Source of the DNA: Chrysomallon squamiferum
Lineage: Eukaryota; Animalia; Mollusca
DNA: 64,000 bases
Assembly (NCBI GenBank): GCA_012295275.1
Contig: CM022673.1
Coordinates: forward strand, 10,106,001 to 10,170,000
Direction: 5' to 3'
In this document: piece after piece, positions 13,564 to 27,485 of the stretch
Numbering within the stretch: the stretch's first letter is position 1
How the letters are laid out: each line of letters begins with the position of its first letter
The notes under the pieces: generated by a model
Seen by the model: the letters and a program-made list of their open reading frames with translations, nothing else
What the model was told of the DNA's origin: nothing
Database searches by the model: none
Program-made: the position numbers and the translations under genes

Positions 13564-15167
13564 GTGAGTAAAAAAATATTTATTTTCTTAGAGAATGAAC
13601 AAGATTTAGACCATTAATGTATCAACAAGCATAAAATTATTATGGATGAACCATTTAGTTGTGAAATATATTTATAATCTTTTTTATTATTATAAATAAG
13701 GAGTAGTATCTCAGTCACTAACAAAGTAGGTTAGGGAATAATTATTTTTAAAATCAGTCAAGCACAATTAAATACCTTCAGGTGTGAGTCATTTGTGTTA
13801 ACAAAATTGCAGTAGGATTCAAATGACTAATAGAACAAGATAGTGTAAGGCAACATGTCATGCCAAAAAAGCATCTAATGATTCTTTGGAGCCAAGTTTA
13901 AAACTTTCTGTTTTCAATACAGATATGTGAACTAAAATATTTTTTGTATTGTTTGACAGTGATGATAGTATAAAAAAAAATCAATGAAAGAAATGACAGT
14001 AGTGAAAAAGTAGACACAACAAAAAAGGAAAAATCGTCATCATCATATTTATAGCATTTATTTATTATGCTTTTAGTAATTTGTTTTTCTTTTAAGATAA
14101 TAGTTAAATATTATTTTTTGTTCAACAATAAGTGGCACTGAATCTTCGTTTTTTCTGTTTTAAATATATTTATTTATATTTTTCTTTATTCTTTTTTTTT
14201 TTTTTTAATTGGTATTATCATTATTTATTTGGTTAACTTGTGTGTTAGAGAGTTTATTGTTTATTTATATTCCTAATAATTTTAATTTCTTTTTCTTTTC
14301 TTTTCTTTTATATTTAAATTCACCTTGACCTAGATTTGTAAGCCTTATTCTATAATAATATTTTTATAGAGTTATATAATATTTTATATAATTAAACAGA
14401 TTAAACCAATGCTGGTTTTGACAAAGTACATTTCATTTTGTGAAATGATTATGTTCTATTTTCTGGTCATGCTACCAGCCCACATTGGAGATCCATAAAT
14501 TCATTAACATGAGACAGTTGATTATTGATTTCATAATGATTTTGAAATCATTTGCTTTTACTGTGTACTCATGATTGTCTGGCATTGTCTGATTTATTGC
14601 TCTGAACATTAATTGGTCACAACTTACACAGTGGTTTGTCAACACACCATTATGAGGACATTAGTTTTAAAATTTTATAATGTCCAGGTTGGGGTGACAC
14701 AGACATATGTGGTCCTTCGTTAGATTTAGCAAAATTCAGACAATTGACACCAGTTATTGGTTTAAATTAAGCCAGCTAAGTCAGTCATTATGGACATTAT
14801 CCCTATAAAGGCCAGCATAATGTGACAAGCATAGTATAGTAGCTGGCTTGTCTGCCATTTAAGTTGGTAATAGATTCTGCATAATTTTTGTTTAAACTTG
14901 TTACAGTACCTTACAGTTTATCATAACTGAGGACTTGTTTCTAAGTACAAAGAAATTCTTTTCTTTTCTTTTTCTTTTTGTTTTCTTTTTTTACAGAAGA
15001 AATGTTTGGTTTTATATTAAGTTTACCTTTTTGCCTCTCTTTCTCTTGATTAAGAAAGAATTTTAGAATTTTGTTCTGTATAATCAACTGATATAATCTT
15101 CATCTTATTTTAAAAGACATGATGCATGCATTTTATCAGTTGCAATATATTTTCTTTTTAGTTTGTA

Positions 15168-15240
<73 letters not shown>

Positions 15241-15255
15241 TTAAATGTATTTCAG

Positions 15256-15399
15256 ACACTGCATCCTGTTTCAGCAACATGTAAATCTGTGTTTCCTAGC
15301 AACAGTAAAGCTGTAGGGATGACCATACCAGTTCATCATCTGAAAATAACAGCTCTGATTCCTTCTTCATCTCTTTGTGAATCAGTTATATTTGGAATG
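15256..15399 (+). CDS. M1AP: M1AP exon 8 (TLHPVSATCKSVFPSNSK...SSLCESVIFGM)
   Basis: tttcag| acceptor, ATG|gtataa donor, 144 nt. LCES..FG.P motif. Confidence 0.92.
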
Positions 15400-15498
15400 G
15401 TATAAAATAGTTTGAATTCTAATTTCAGATAAACAGTTAAATAGATTGCCCTTGACACAGAAAGCAAGAATCATGAAATGATGACTATGTACAAAAAA

Positions 15499-15546
<48 letters not shown>

Positions 15547-16547
15547 TAGGATTGCAGGATAAAAGAAATAACTAGTTACTGTCTTAAGATACTAGCTTTA
15601 TCGAAGGTGAGGATGTTGAAAACAGACCTGAGTTTGATCAAGCTGATATGTTAAGGCAATAGCCAGCTACACCCTATATAATTGCCTGAGAATCAATATC
15701 GTTTTTAACAATAGAAGTTTACATTTAAATTCCATTTTACACAATTAGTATTATCTAATAACATTAGCTTTATTGTTATTACCTTGAACGCTATTTCTTA
15801 AATTAAAAAATAATGGAAAAACTTTGATGAGTAATCTTAGAGATATTTTGGTTAAAACATTTTTGGAATTCCAACATATTTTTACTCCCTTGACATACTG
15901 TTAATAAAAGGAAAATACTTCTGAGGTATGAACAAATAGCCTGAAATTAATATAGTTTTTATACATGTTCTTACATACAAAATTTTGTTGTTGTTTTTTT
16001 GTTTGTTTTTTTGTTAGATTTGTTTTGTTTTGTTTTGATTCTGGTATCCAGTTTTTGCAGGGGGGAAAAAGATGACAGTAAAATAGCAAGGTTTTTAAGG
16101 TGCAAGAGGCTGACATTTTCTCTTCTTTTCTTTACGTCACCAAGTACAGAAAAATTAATCAAAATCTCTAAGGCCTCTGCACTTCTGTAATAATTTATTA
16201 ATATTATCATTTGTTCTTTTTAGGCTCTGCTATTTACCAATAACATCACAATAAAAGAAAAAAGGTCTGCCTCCAGCTATTCACATGAATCTGTTTTCAT
16301 GTTATTATATTTTGGTCACCAGCAATAAATAAAACAATAACTTGGAAAGGTTACAAAATGTATTTAAGGACTATGTTTTTTTAACAACACGTTCAGTTCA
16401 TTTTTAATCTTTATTTATTTTGTGTATTACAAAAGGTTAATGATCACACAAAGAAGTGAAATTTATTTATGATGTTTGCTTATAGACATACAAGTAAACT
16501 TTGAAAAATTGTTTATAATGTTTATGAATTGTCTTTTCTTTTGCTAG

Positions 16548-16649
16548 CCTATGATTGTCTGTGCTACTAAGTGTTGGAAGATGGACTGGGATGAACTAGA
16601 AAAGAATGAACAGCTATTTAAAGCACTTTGTTATAAATTAATTAAAAAG
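16548..16649 (+). CDS. M1AP: M1AP exon 9 (PMIVCATKCWKMDWDELEKNEQLFKALCYKLIKK)
   Basis: ttttgctag| acceptor, AAG|gtcctt donor. Highly characteristic CW..DWDELE.N motif. Confidence 0.95.
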
Positions 16650-17115
16650 GTCCTTTGAAGTTTTTTTTTTTTTTGTTTGCTTAACTAACAAAATGAAATA
16701 ATTGTTCAAAACCGCAAACTTGCCTTGTAAGACAATGTTATAGTGAATTCAGTAGTTTCAATTTGCTTACAGAATTGTTTTTGATTTAATGTTAATTTTG
16801 AGCAATGATTTTTAAAAACTGTTTCAAAATATGAAAATGTTTATTATTATTTAATGTATATTATTTATTAAACAGTTTAATAATTATAACACATGGAAAA
16901 TTTATTAATTAAACATTCAGTGGTACACAGGGTTAATTTGTTAATTGTTAACCAAAACAGTGAAAGAATAAAAGCAAATTAATTAAAAATAGATATTTAA
17001 CTGACCTCCTGTTTAACATTTTTACTTAAATGTACTATGTTTCTGAATTGTTCATCTGTCTTAGTAGCTATCATGGAGGAGTGTTTGAAACAAATACTGT
17101 CTTGATATCTTTTAG

Positions 17116-17361
17116 GATCTTGTTATGCTAGGGCAGCTTGAAGAACAGGAGATTTCAAAACCAGCACCAAGAAGATCAAAATCTTTAACCCTTTCCCCTC
17201 CATCACCACAAAGTTATTTTGTGTTGCTGCCTGCTCCCAACATGACTCTTCTTATAAAGTCTATCGCAGTGAAAGAACTCATACTGCCTTGTGCTCTTTC
17301 TGGTGACATGGAGGAGCCTTGTGAGGAGAATCAAAATATCCTACAGGCTACAATGGACAAG
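17116..17361 (+). CDS. M1AP: M1AP exon 10 (DLVMLGQLEEQ...YFVLLPAPNMTLLIKSIAVKELILP...LQATMDK)
   Basis: ttttag| acceptor, AAG|gtacat donor, 246 nt. Overlaps track ORF 17125..17382. Confidence 0.93.
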
Positions 17362-18941
17362 GTACATACTCTTTATTGTTAAGAATCTATGATTAGGATG
17401 GATTAGTTTTTAAGCAGAAGAAGTAATAATATTTTGTTTGTTTTCCTTTGAGTCATGGTGTTTGTTAAGATTATTATCTTAAAAGATACATTAATGGTTT
17501 ACTTTGAGATGGTAAATTTTTCATATTTTATGACACTTCATTGATTTTGATAATTTATTAGGTACCATATCACTAGTTCTTATATAATTATGCCACCCAA
17601 CACTCATCAGTTAAATATAATGGTTGTTTTGCCCATATATAGAAAAGCCTTCACTCTTATAAATGATAAAGAATATACTTGGTGGAATTGGAAATAGTCT
17701 AGTAGATTTATTGTAACAAAACACTGCTCAAGTAATCCACACTCCTCCTGCATTACAGTTTTATTTAGATAAAAAAAATACATCTGAATAGTTATGAAAT
17801 CACAAATAAATAAATAAATAAATAAATAAATAAATTCCTGGACAAAAGGATTAGTGTCTTAATGAATGGATCAGCCAACAATTGATTAAATAAGTAAGTA
17901 AATGAATGAATGGGCAATTGATCTCTTTGTTTAATTTAATTCTGAGAGTTTTAACAGCACTGTGTTCTGTAAGTAGGACACATTTTCAATTTACTTGGGG
18001 AAACGGTTTCTAATCAGACACTTGGGGTGTCTGAAAGAGCAAAACAATGTTGATTAGACCACTGTTTTCATGATTACTGACCAATTACTCTGACTTGGTT
18101 AACTGACCAGTTGGCCTACATGACCGTTACTTCTGATGAAAGGAAATGGTCTGATTCTTAATTGAAATTTATTTTCTTTTATCATTTGTTTTCATGTCCT
18201 AAGTCATGTTTGTGCATTCTTCTTTGTTCTAGTAATGTAGAGTTTATCTGATTTGTCACAGTAAGAACCTTTTTGTAGTATCAGATCAATAGTATAATTC
18301 AGTGTATTTTGTGCTATTGTGGGTAAGAAGTTGCCTGGGGTTTTGGCTGGAGTTAAAATAATTTTTATGCAGAATGCAATAGTAGATTTTAGTGATCTTA
18401 TTTCAGATAAAAAAAAAAAAAAAAAAAAATTTTTTTTTTTTTTTTTTTTTTTTGAAAAGACAATAGATTTCAAATTGTAATAAATAAAATAAATATATAT
18501 TTTTTTAAATTGAAAATTAAATTAAAAAATTTTTATGGGTTTTTTCTTTATATATTTATTGATTTATTGATTTTTGTTTGTGTTGAAATGTTTTCTGACT
18601 TGTTTTACTTAATTCTTTATTTTTTTAATACATGCTGCTTTTTTTCATTGCAACATGTTCATGTAAAGGCTTTGTTATATATGGGAGTTTTATTTATCAG
18701 ATTACATTTATAAAAATTCCTTTGTTGATGAAAATAAACTAATTCATGCACTGTGATAGTGGATTTTTTCTTTTAGACTTTCTCATTATTTATTACACAC
18801 ACACACACACATACATTAAAACAACTATTTGAAAATGTGTAGTTGTACTGTTAATCAATATTAATTTTGCTTTCAGTTTTCTATCTTTTCTTTTTTAATT
18901 TTTTAAAATTTTTATTATAGTGTAATATTAAATATTTTCAG

Positions 18942-19064
18942 TTAGAGATGTTAGATTCCTTCAATCCACTGCTGCACAGTTCAGGTCTTTATGAACATCT
19001 CAAGTTCCAGACACAGAAGTCAAACAGCCTTTCAACAAAACCTCAGAAAAGAAAAGTAGAACAA
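18942..19064 (+). CDS. M1AP: M1AP exon 11 (LEMLDSFNPLLHSSGLYEHLKFQTQK...KRKVEQ)
   Basis: ttttcag| acceptor, CAA|gtcagt donor. Matches M1AP LE...YNPL...S.LY.HL. Confidence 0.88.
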
Positions 19065-19230
19065 GTCAGTATTATACATATATATCACCTAGAAGATTCA
19101 TCACAGAACATTTTACATTTCTTATTCTGTTTTTCATACAACAGCTTATATTTATTGAGTTTTGTGTTATTGTTTTTCTTTTTAAAAAGTTGTTATGTTT
19201 GTTATATTAGTTCTTAACTCTTTTCTTATT

Positions 19231-19287
<57 letters not shown>

Positions 19288-19706
19288 TTATTTTTCTGAA
19301 AGTCACATAATCATGTTAATCAAAAGTTTAAGGTTCCAGTATCAGTTCCGCTTTTTAAAATCTGTCTGAGAGTTTATAGTGGTACTTGTTTCTAAGTGAA
19401 TTAAATTGTGGGTTCTTACAAATATTATACAGGTTCATTTTCTATAACTGATTGCATGTTATTCATGAATGAATATGCTTACTCTTATTAATGGATATAC
19501 AACAGCTATAATTTGAATTAAACAGTATTTGTCCTTTAAATATTAAACTTCTTTTTTATTTATTGCTTTATTTATAAAAAAAATTTTTTTTTTTTTTTTT
19601 TTTGGTAATATGTTTTATTATTTCAGTTTTTGTTGTTTGTTTGTTTTGTTTTAAAATTAACCTGTTATAATGTGATTAATGGCAAGCATTTATTTTCTAA
19701 TTTCAG

Positions 19707-19844
19707 ACATTTTCCTCAAAAGGATATGAAAACAGAAGAAGTAATCTGCCACATTCAAATTACACTCAGACTAGAACAACAGCAAACAAACTAATTATCA
19801 CAGCTAGACAGTCTGCCAATTCCTTTCTTACTGAGCTTGAATAA
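19707..19844 (+). CDS. M1AP: M1AP probable last coding exon (TFSSKGYENRRSNLPHSNYTQTRTTANKLIITARQSANSFLTELE*)
   Basis: ctaatttcag| acceptor with a CTAA branch-like motif, open phase-0 frame to TAA. The C-terminus is poorly conserved, so the call rests on splice signal and total length. Confidence 0.65.
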   Translation, partial: TFSSKGYENRRSNLPHSNYTQTRTTANKLIITARQSANSFLTELE

Positions 19845-22800
19845 ATAATTATAGTATTTTTTCACACAAATTATAACTTATAATATTAATATTTATTTCT
19901 ACAAAAGTACGAAAAGATAGAATCATAGAGAAAAGCATTTTCAAGACAGAATGTCAAGATGTTGAATGGAGAAGCATGGTAACTCTCAGTAACAGTTTTT
20001 AAACACGAGAGAGACAGCCAGACAGACAGAGTACATTTGAGTGAGTGTTGTAGAGTGAGTAAGAGGGTGGTGATAGCGTGTTTGTGTTGGTAGAGTAATC
20101 ATGTAGAAAATATACAGTCTTGGGCATCATTATTTGTTTAAAAAAAAAAGATGAAATTTTTGTTGTCTGCTACTAGATTTAGCGATACAGAAAAAATTGC
20201 GTTTACTAATGATTCAAGCACTCATGTATATACAGCATGGCTTGAATTATTATTGTTGTTTTTCGGATTGTTATAGTGGGGAATTTTCTTTGACAGTCTT
20301 TGTATGTTGAAATATGAGTTAAAAGCCAAAAATGTATGTTGATCATTGTTATCAACAATGGTGTAAAGGTTTTTATAATTAGACAAATATTTTTTTTCTT
20401 GTTAATTTTGAGTACAAGAATGTCTTGACTTTTTTCATCATTTTTTTTTTTAAATGTTACTATTATTTTTTTTTATAATTTTTTTTTTTTCACTACAAAA
20501 TACAAAATAAAAAGACAAAAACTTTTATCATAGATTTTCTTTTCTGACCTAAATAAAGTGGCTTGTGTTAAAAAATTATCAGAACCCTTTTGCCATTTCA
20601 AATCTTTTGTTATTTCTTTAATTGCAAATGAAAAAAAGCTCAGTTCCAAATGTCTTTGGCATCTTTCTGATAAAGTTTATGTATTTTTGAACATACTGAC
20701 AGAAAATAATTAGATGTTTTTATATTTTTTTGCAATGACAAATAGAAAATGAAAATTGTCATTTGAAAATTCTTGTACATTCCTGGCTTTGGGTAATTAG
20801 AAATATCATTTCATGTGTGTTTTTCCTGAATGAGTAAATTAAATATGTCATTTTTGAGGTTTGAGGATATAATATTCCTAATAATCACTGAAGATTTGGT
20901 CCTTTGGATTTATTTTGTTTTGTTGTTGTTTTGGGGGTTATTTTTTTTCTTTGTTGTTGTTTTTTGTTTTGTTATCTTTTTTTTCGGGGGGAGCGGTATC
21001 TGTAAATCAGAAAACAGGAATACCACAATGGCAGGATTAGCCTCTAGAAATGTTTTTTCTTTTTTCATGATTAAAATACATTTTTCTATACTACTGCTAC
21101 ACTTTTTTAATAATATATTTTTTAATAAATATATAGAAATATCTATCATAATATAATACTATGTATTTTGCTGTGAGAAAGAAGATTAGATGGGTGGTTA
21201 GAACATACATTAGTAATGATGATATCAATTTCTGCTTTAAGAAATAGCTAATAAGAGTAGCTTTTTTCCTCACATTTTATCTTTTCACAAAAAAATTCAA
21301 ATTATTTCATAGTTTGATTGTTAAAAAGAAACATTCATCAGTGATATTATTCTTTTAAATATTTCTCATATTTCTTTAGTGTCCTTCAAATAGAAAATTA
21401 CACCAAACTGTCAAATGAAAATAATGGACAACTTGTTTCTTCATCTTTTTTTTTTATTGTTGATAAATGATTTATATTAAGAAAAGTAACATGGAATTAA
21501 AGTATATTTGATCATTGTACAAAACGAGATCATTGTTTATTTCATTTGTTAAAAATAGATTTAATTATTTTTTACCACTTATCTAATGATCCTGTCAGTC
21601 TTGCTTTTACAATAGGTTGCTCAGGAGTGTTGATATCTGGAAATGTTTAAGTTAAATTTTATTAGTTTATGAAATATAGAATGAATAAAAATTAAAAGAT
21701 GTTTTATGTTGTGAAATGACTGATTAATTGGTCTGATTTCATTATTGTTATTATTATTTTAAAATGTATATTATTTATTTTATTTTATGTATCTTTTGTT
21801 GTTGTTTTTGTTGGTTTTCTATTTTTCAGAAAAAAAAATATTGTTCTTCATTATAATACCAAAATAAAATTTAAAACCATTTCTTTCTTTATTATGCTAA
21901 TTACCATGTGTCTTTAATATATAAAAACATGTTTCTCTCGGTTATTAAATTATAACATAAATGTATTTACTATACTTTCAAGCTTTAATTCGCATCTAAC
22001 TTGAGAGTTAAAAAAAAGCGAAAAGAAGAAGAAGAAAAAAAAAAAACCTCCCACAACAATAAATACCATCAAAGGTTTCTTTGACGTTTATTACATCGCT
22101 GGTACCCTTGGCACATTGATTGTTTCTGTCAAGACCGTTTTCCCTTACACTTCGTTGGCGCTCACAATGATAATCTGATGGAAAGGTAATTGACGTAACA
22201 AAACGGCCGACTGTTTGTTTTCCTGTAAATCAGATTATATCGCCTCCAGTCCATTAGCTGAAGAATGCGACGAGGAATCCTGTGTCTAGTGTATAGCCAG
22301 CGATAGTTCTTGGCATTAGATAACTGTTGGATCTATCTCCCTCTGTCGCAATATGAGCTCGGATAAGAGGATTTTCCGTTGGTTGAAGCTTCAAGGTGTT
22401 ATGTCTTTCAGTCAGATTCAGAAGAGAACAATTTAATTACAACACTCAACAATGTGATTACAATAAAGGCAATAGACGTAAATACACACAGTGACCATTT
22501 GTATTTATCTTAATTGGCTAACATGAATGGAGCAATAAATGGAGTGGAAGACACACAAACACACGTACGTTATATAATGTAAAAACATGTACGCATATTT
22601 GCACATTATAATTATGTTGTGAAGAATTTTCACTTTCCATTGGCTTAATCTTAAAAAGTTGTTGGTATTTATTGTTGTGTGGCCTGCAATATTCAGTCAT
22701 CTTTTCCACTGGTGAAATATAACGAGTGTTTTTAAAAAAAAACAAATTTAATTAATAAAAATGGCGTAAATAATGCTATTCCGTTATAATTTAATCTGAA

Positions 22801-24496
22801 TAAATTGTTAGAAATCATCCATTAAATGAGTTTTATTGCGTCATTTAGAATCCTTCACCTATATAATATATAAGCCAAAAAGAATGGAAATATTTGTAAA
22901 ATCATTTGGTTATTGATTTGTTGGCTTAAATGCTTTCACTTTCCGCCTACCGACATGTACAAACGTAGATTACATATTATAAACTTTATATTTTGCTAAA
23001 AATATTTCAGAACAAAATTTAAAAACAGACATCCGTCTGCTTAAAGCATAGAAGAACATTTTTTGTGTGTTAATAAGTAGATCCATAATCAGTTCTTTGA
23101 ATACTGACAGCGCCATTAGTATTTTCTCTTTTTGTTTAATGTTTTATAATTTAGACGTCATTATTATCTTGGAGTCTATTAAAAGGATAGATTGTAGTGC
23201 AGATGTAAAAGTATTTCTCCCATTTTTAGCCCAATATCCTTTAAAACGATCCACTATCGAAAAATTTATTTATTTATTTATTTTTTACTTTAATTAAATA
23301 TTTTTAAAAAATGAGAATTGTAAACATAACAGTGATATCCTTACAACATTTGGACGCTTATAATTAACAGAATTAACCGTTCAGGACCTAAAAAAGTTTT
23401 TGTTTAAAATAACTGTTTTCATGACATCTGTATTAATTTTAAAACTTGTTCAAACTGAACTGCTTTTCAAGCATAAATTATATTTACGTGTAAATTCACG
23501 AACCTGTGTCTGTCGGTACTTGAAGACATAGCATTTATTTTCCTAATTTTCTAAACAAATTACAACTAAAAGTATTGACCTTTTCGTTTAACTGAACTAA
23601 GCGCGTATTTATGCCCTAAACAGCCAAAAAAATTAGACATGTCTAACATATTTCTGACAAATAAATGGCCTTCTAAATGTTGATATCTATAAAGATTTTC
23701 TTCATTTGGTGCAGCATTACACCTGAATTAGGCTTCTATAACAGTTCCGACATACAAGGTCAACAACCATTACTGTTCCGAGTCTGTCATGTAATGTCTG
23801 ACGAATTGGAAAAAGATGTCTGGTGCGGTTTATTATAACGGTCATGTACGTAGATAGACAATGTTAGCCATTGTTAAAAACACAAGCGTCCACGTTCCTG
23901 TTTGGTACTGTTAGATTAGAACGACTGTTAGTTAGTTAATTGTAGTTGTGGCTATTACACCAGTCCATGTATTCATTTTCAGCAGTCGTCCGTACTGTTA
24001 AGTGTTGTTAGTTTTGAACATAATTATTATGTGTTATGCTATTTTACACCAATATTTATTTTCATATATTTTGAACTTTAAAAATATCTCTCTTCAGTAT
24101 TATTTGAATAAAAAACAGGTGTTGACATATCGTGCGATTTTGGGTTTCACACCATATATTAAATATTCATTTTCACATTATACTTTAGATTTGTAAGTGT
24201 ACATTTCTCCACAAATGTTTGATACTGTAATTATTAAACAGCTGTTAAAATGTCGAGTTTCATGTGGTTTTACACGAGTTTTAAAAAAATTAAATATCAA
24301 AAATACTGACATATATATTTTACGACTTGTTCTAATAGATCTAAGACAGAGGTACATGCTAAATCAATTTAAGACGTCACAGGCCGAAAAGGATCTCTCA
24401 AAATGTCATTAGTAACCGTATTCATTATATAAATATTTGAAAAATATGTTAGCTCTCCTCATATTTAATCTTTAGATATATCGTTATTCAGTGATT

Positions 24497-24599
<103 letters not shown>

Positions 24600-25458
24600 T
24601 ACATACATATACCTTGTTCTTTTTCTCTCTGATCCTTTTGTTACGTTACAAGCATATTAATGTTATGATTCACCTGACTCATCTGATGTTTGTTTTCTGA
24701 GATATATAAATTAATTACTATTTTTAAATCCATTTAGAGTCAACACGGATGATTATATTTCTTATTACTAATCCGCCAACCACGTCTTCCGGGAATTCAA
24801 AATAAGATTCTTTTAAGAAACCTATTTAAACTTGCATTAACCTAGTTTTAGAGGAATTTAAAAAAAAAAAAAAAAAGAAGAAAGAAATGATTGTCTTTTG
24901 TTTGTGAATCATTTAAATGATTTGTTTTCTTTCATTTTTAATAATGGAAACAAAAGTTTATGAAAAGAAATGAAACTGACGATGATAATAATAGGATTAA
25001 TAACAACACCAACACCAATAATATTAATAATAATAATAATAATAGGATTATTAATGGTGCCCAAAATAACAGGAATAATATTAAAATTAATTAATACTCA
25101 TATATTTGTATCTATGACGTCAATGAAGGCAGATGCTACATAAGCCAATTATATTTAAAAATATTTATTACACAACATCCAGCTACATGACAACATAGTC
25201 GCTCCATTGCTATTGCTTTATTGATGACGTCACATCCAAATGAAAGTCCCACAATTCCATGCACAGAAATTAGGAATACATGTGTAATAATAATAATAAT
25301 AATAATGACCTGTTAAATACAAATAAAATTTTAATATGATAGACAAATGAAATAAAATATTGGGTAGTAAGGAGTGTCTATCATTATATTTTCAGGGAAA
25401 TACTAGATAAAAGTAGAACATTATATATCTTTCTTTAATATTGTTTATATATACATTA

Positions 25459-25545
25459 CTGGATGTAATTTATTATTTGATATACATCACAATATATATA
25501 TATATATAAAATCGAGATATATATGAAATAATAAATTACATCCAG
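25459..25545. repeat. 87-nt inverted repeat/hairpin (30-nt arms, 28/30 complementary)
   Basis: CTGGATGTAATTTATTATTTGATATACATC ... GATATATATGAAATAATAAATTACATCCAG. Confidence 0.85.
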
Positions 25546-26066
25546 AAAGTTTTGAGGATATATCATTAATACTAACATGGGGTTACCAGAAGATAACAGT
25601 TAAGATAAAATTAAACAGACACAGATTAATTGAGACGTCTTTAGATTTTTCTTCTAATTTTTACAGTATTTGTTAACAAACAACAACAACATAATAACAA
25701 ACATTATTATTAGTATTAGTGATAGTAGTAGTTGGAGTTCAATTGTAGCAATAATAATAGTAGTAGTAATAATAGCAGTTGTACTAGTAGTAATAATGGC
25801 AGTTGAAGTAGTAGTTGTAGTAGTAGAAGTCACAAAATGTTCTTGGATGTCTCTCAGAATTATCAACAAATCAGCAATTTAAAAAATAAATAAATGTTAA
25901 AAATTACTAAAAATGAAATAATTGCTGATATCTGAACTGTAAATACCGTTTTGTCTTTCTTTTGTTTTCTTTTTTTCTTTTTTTTTTTTTTTTAGTTGTT
26001 TATTTTTGTGTCTGTTTTTGTTTATATTTTGTTTTTCATCCTTGTCGTCAAGGGACTCTGAATCTG

Positions 26067-26120
26067 GGTGGATACTGGTGGATACTGGTGGATACTGGTG
26101 GATACTAGTGGATACTGGGT
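26067..26120 (+). repeat. 10-bp tandem repeat (GGTGGATACT) x~5
   Basis: Direct reading of the sequence. Confidence 0.9.
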
Positions 26121-26467
26121 GATCTGCAGACGTCTGCTTTATGAAGGGTATAACTATTAGACTGCATATTATGAATTTGTCTCCGATGTGTTCCTTCATC
26201 GTGGAATTCTTGGGCTATTTTGTGATCTACCTGAAAAAAATAAACATTGCAATAAATATTTTAAAAAGAAAAAAAGGTTTTACAGAACGTATTGCATGAT
26301 ACAATAATATTTTATAATAATTTAAAACAATTCATACAAAAGACAGACATAATATATAGTAGTTTTAGCGTACATTTCTGTTATTACGTTTGATTATCTG
26401 TTCGATCTACCTGGCAACTGCACATGAAAGCAATAAGGACAGTTATGAGTGTGCGTGTGTGTGTGTT

Positions 26468-26567
<100 letters not shown>

Positions 26568-27454
26568 GGTGCACAATTACTTCGCACTCTGGAACTTACT
26601 ATTAATGGATAAATTAACATTGGCTGTTTAATCCACTATATTCTAGTTTTTCTTTCTTTCTTTTTTCTTGGTTATTCGGCCATGCGACCATCGGTTGTTT
26701 AGATACACACGACTTTTGTTACGGCGTCTGTTACTGTTGTTTGTTTCGTCATTAATAATTTGCTAGCCATCTAGCTAAAGTTACGGAACAGACTTTCATT
26801 ATTACAGACTATTAAACAAACGGTTAATCTGCTTCAGTTACGACTTTTGCTGATGTAGATTCAATGTGAATAATTTAAAAGAATATACAGTTACAGCGGT
26901 CCCCGATGAAAGCTTACCGATCTCCACAACGTAAAAGAGTTCCAATCTGAGAAGACAACTGTCTGGCACGCGCAACTATTTTAAGTAACAGTAACGATAA
27001 CAAACATCGCTTGGGACAGTGTCACACGAAGGTTAATAAAATTACTTATTTTTAATTCAACACTTCCACGTGAAATCCAATTTCAAAAAGACTGGATTAA
27101 ATAAACATGTACAGAAAGATTAAATCGAATAATAAGAAAAAAGCACCTCCCACTCATTTTCCAACTTCAGTGCAGACGCAGTGTTTATAAATCTTTAAAT
27201 ACTTAAAAAGGTCGACTACGTGTTGTTTTTTTAGCATTTAACCCCAAAGCCAACTGTTGGATGGGATGACAACCGCACTGTGGTTAAATCCGACACCTTG
27301 CATTATTAAAAATTAATTAATGTGATAATCAATTAGGACAAGTTTTTTTTTCATGAATGCACGAAATTTGATTTTAATAGAGGTTTTAATTAAAGAAATT
27401 ATATAGAGAAAACGTGAAAACAGATCATGGTATAATTAATAATAATAATAATAA

Positions 27455-27485
<31 letters not shown>

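Larger units (their letters stand above)
2013..19844 (+). other. M1AP: M1AP-like gene span (12 coding exons, 1584 nt CDS, 527 aa)
   Basis: Hand-spliced exons are phase-compatible throughout. They give motifs colinear with vertebrate M1AP as I recall it: RQPAR, ICESLENLFCLACNLAGPSR, ECLLPL..VKSNF.R, QLEIIILSCQ, SLQNFFHGWL.DSG.D.E, IKCDMQERLI.P, SSLCESVIFGMP, CWKMDWDELE.N.Q.F.ALC, TLLIKSIAVKELILP, FNPL...SGLY.HL. Length is close to the ~530 aa of human M1AP. Confidence 0.93.
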
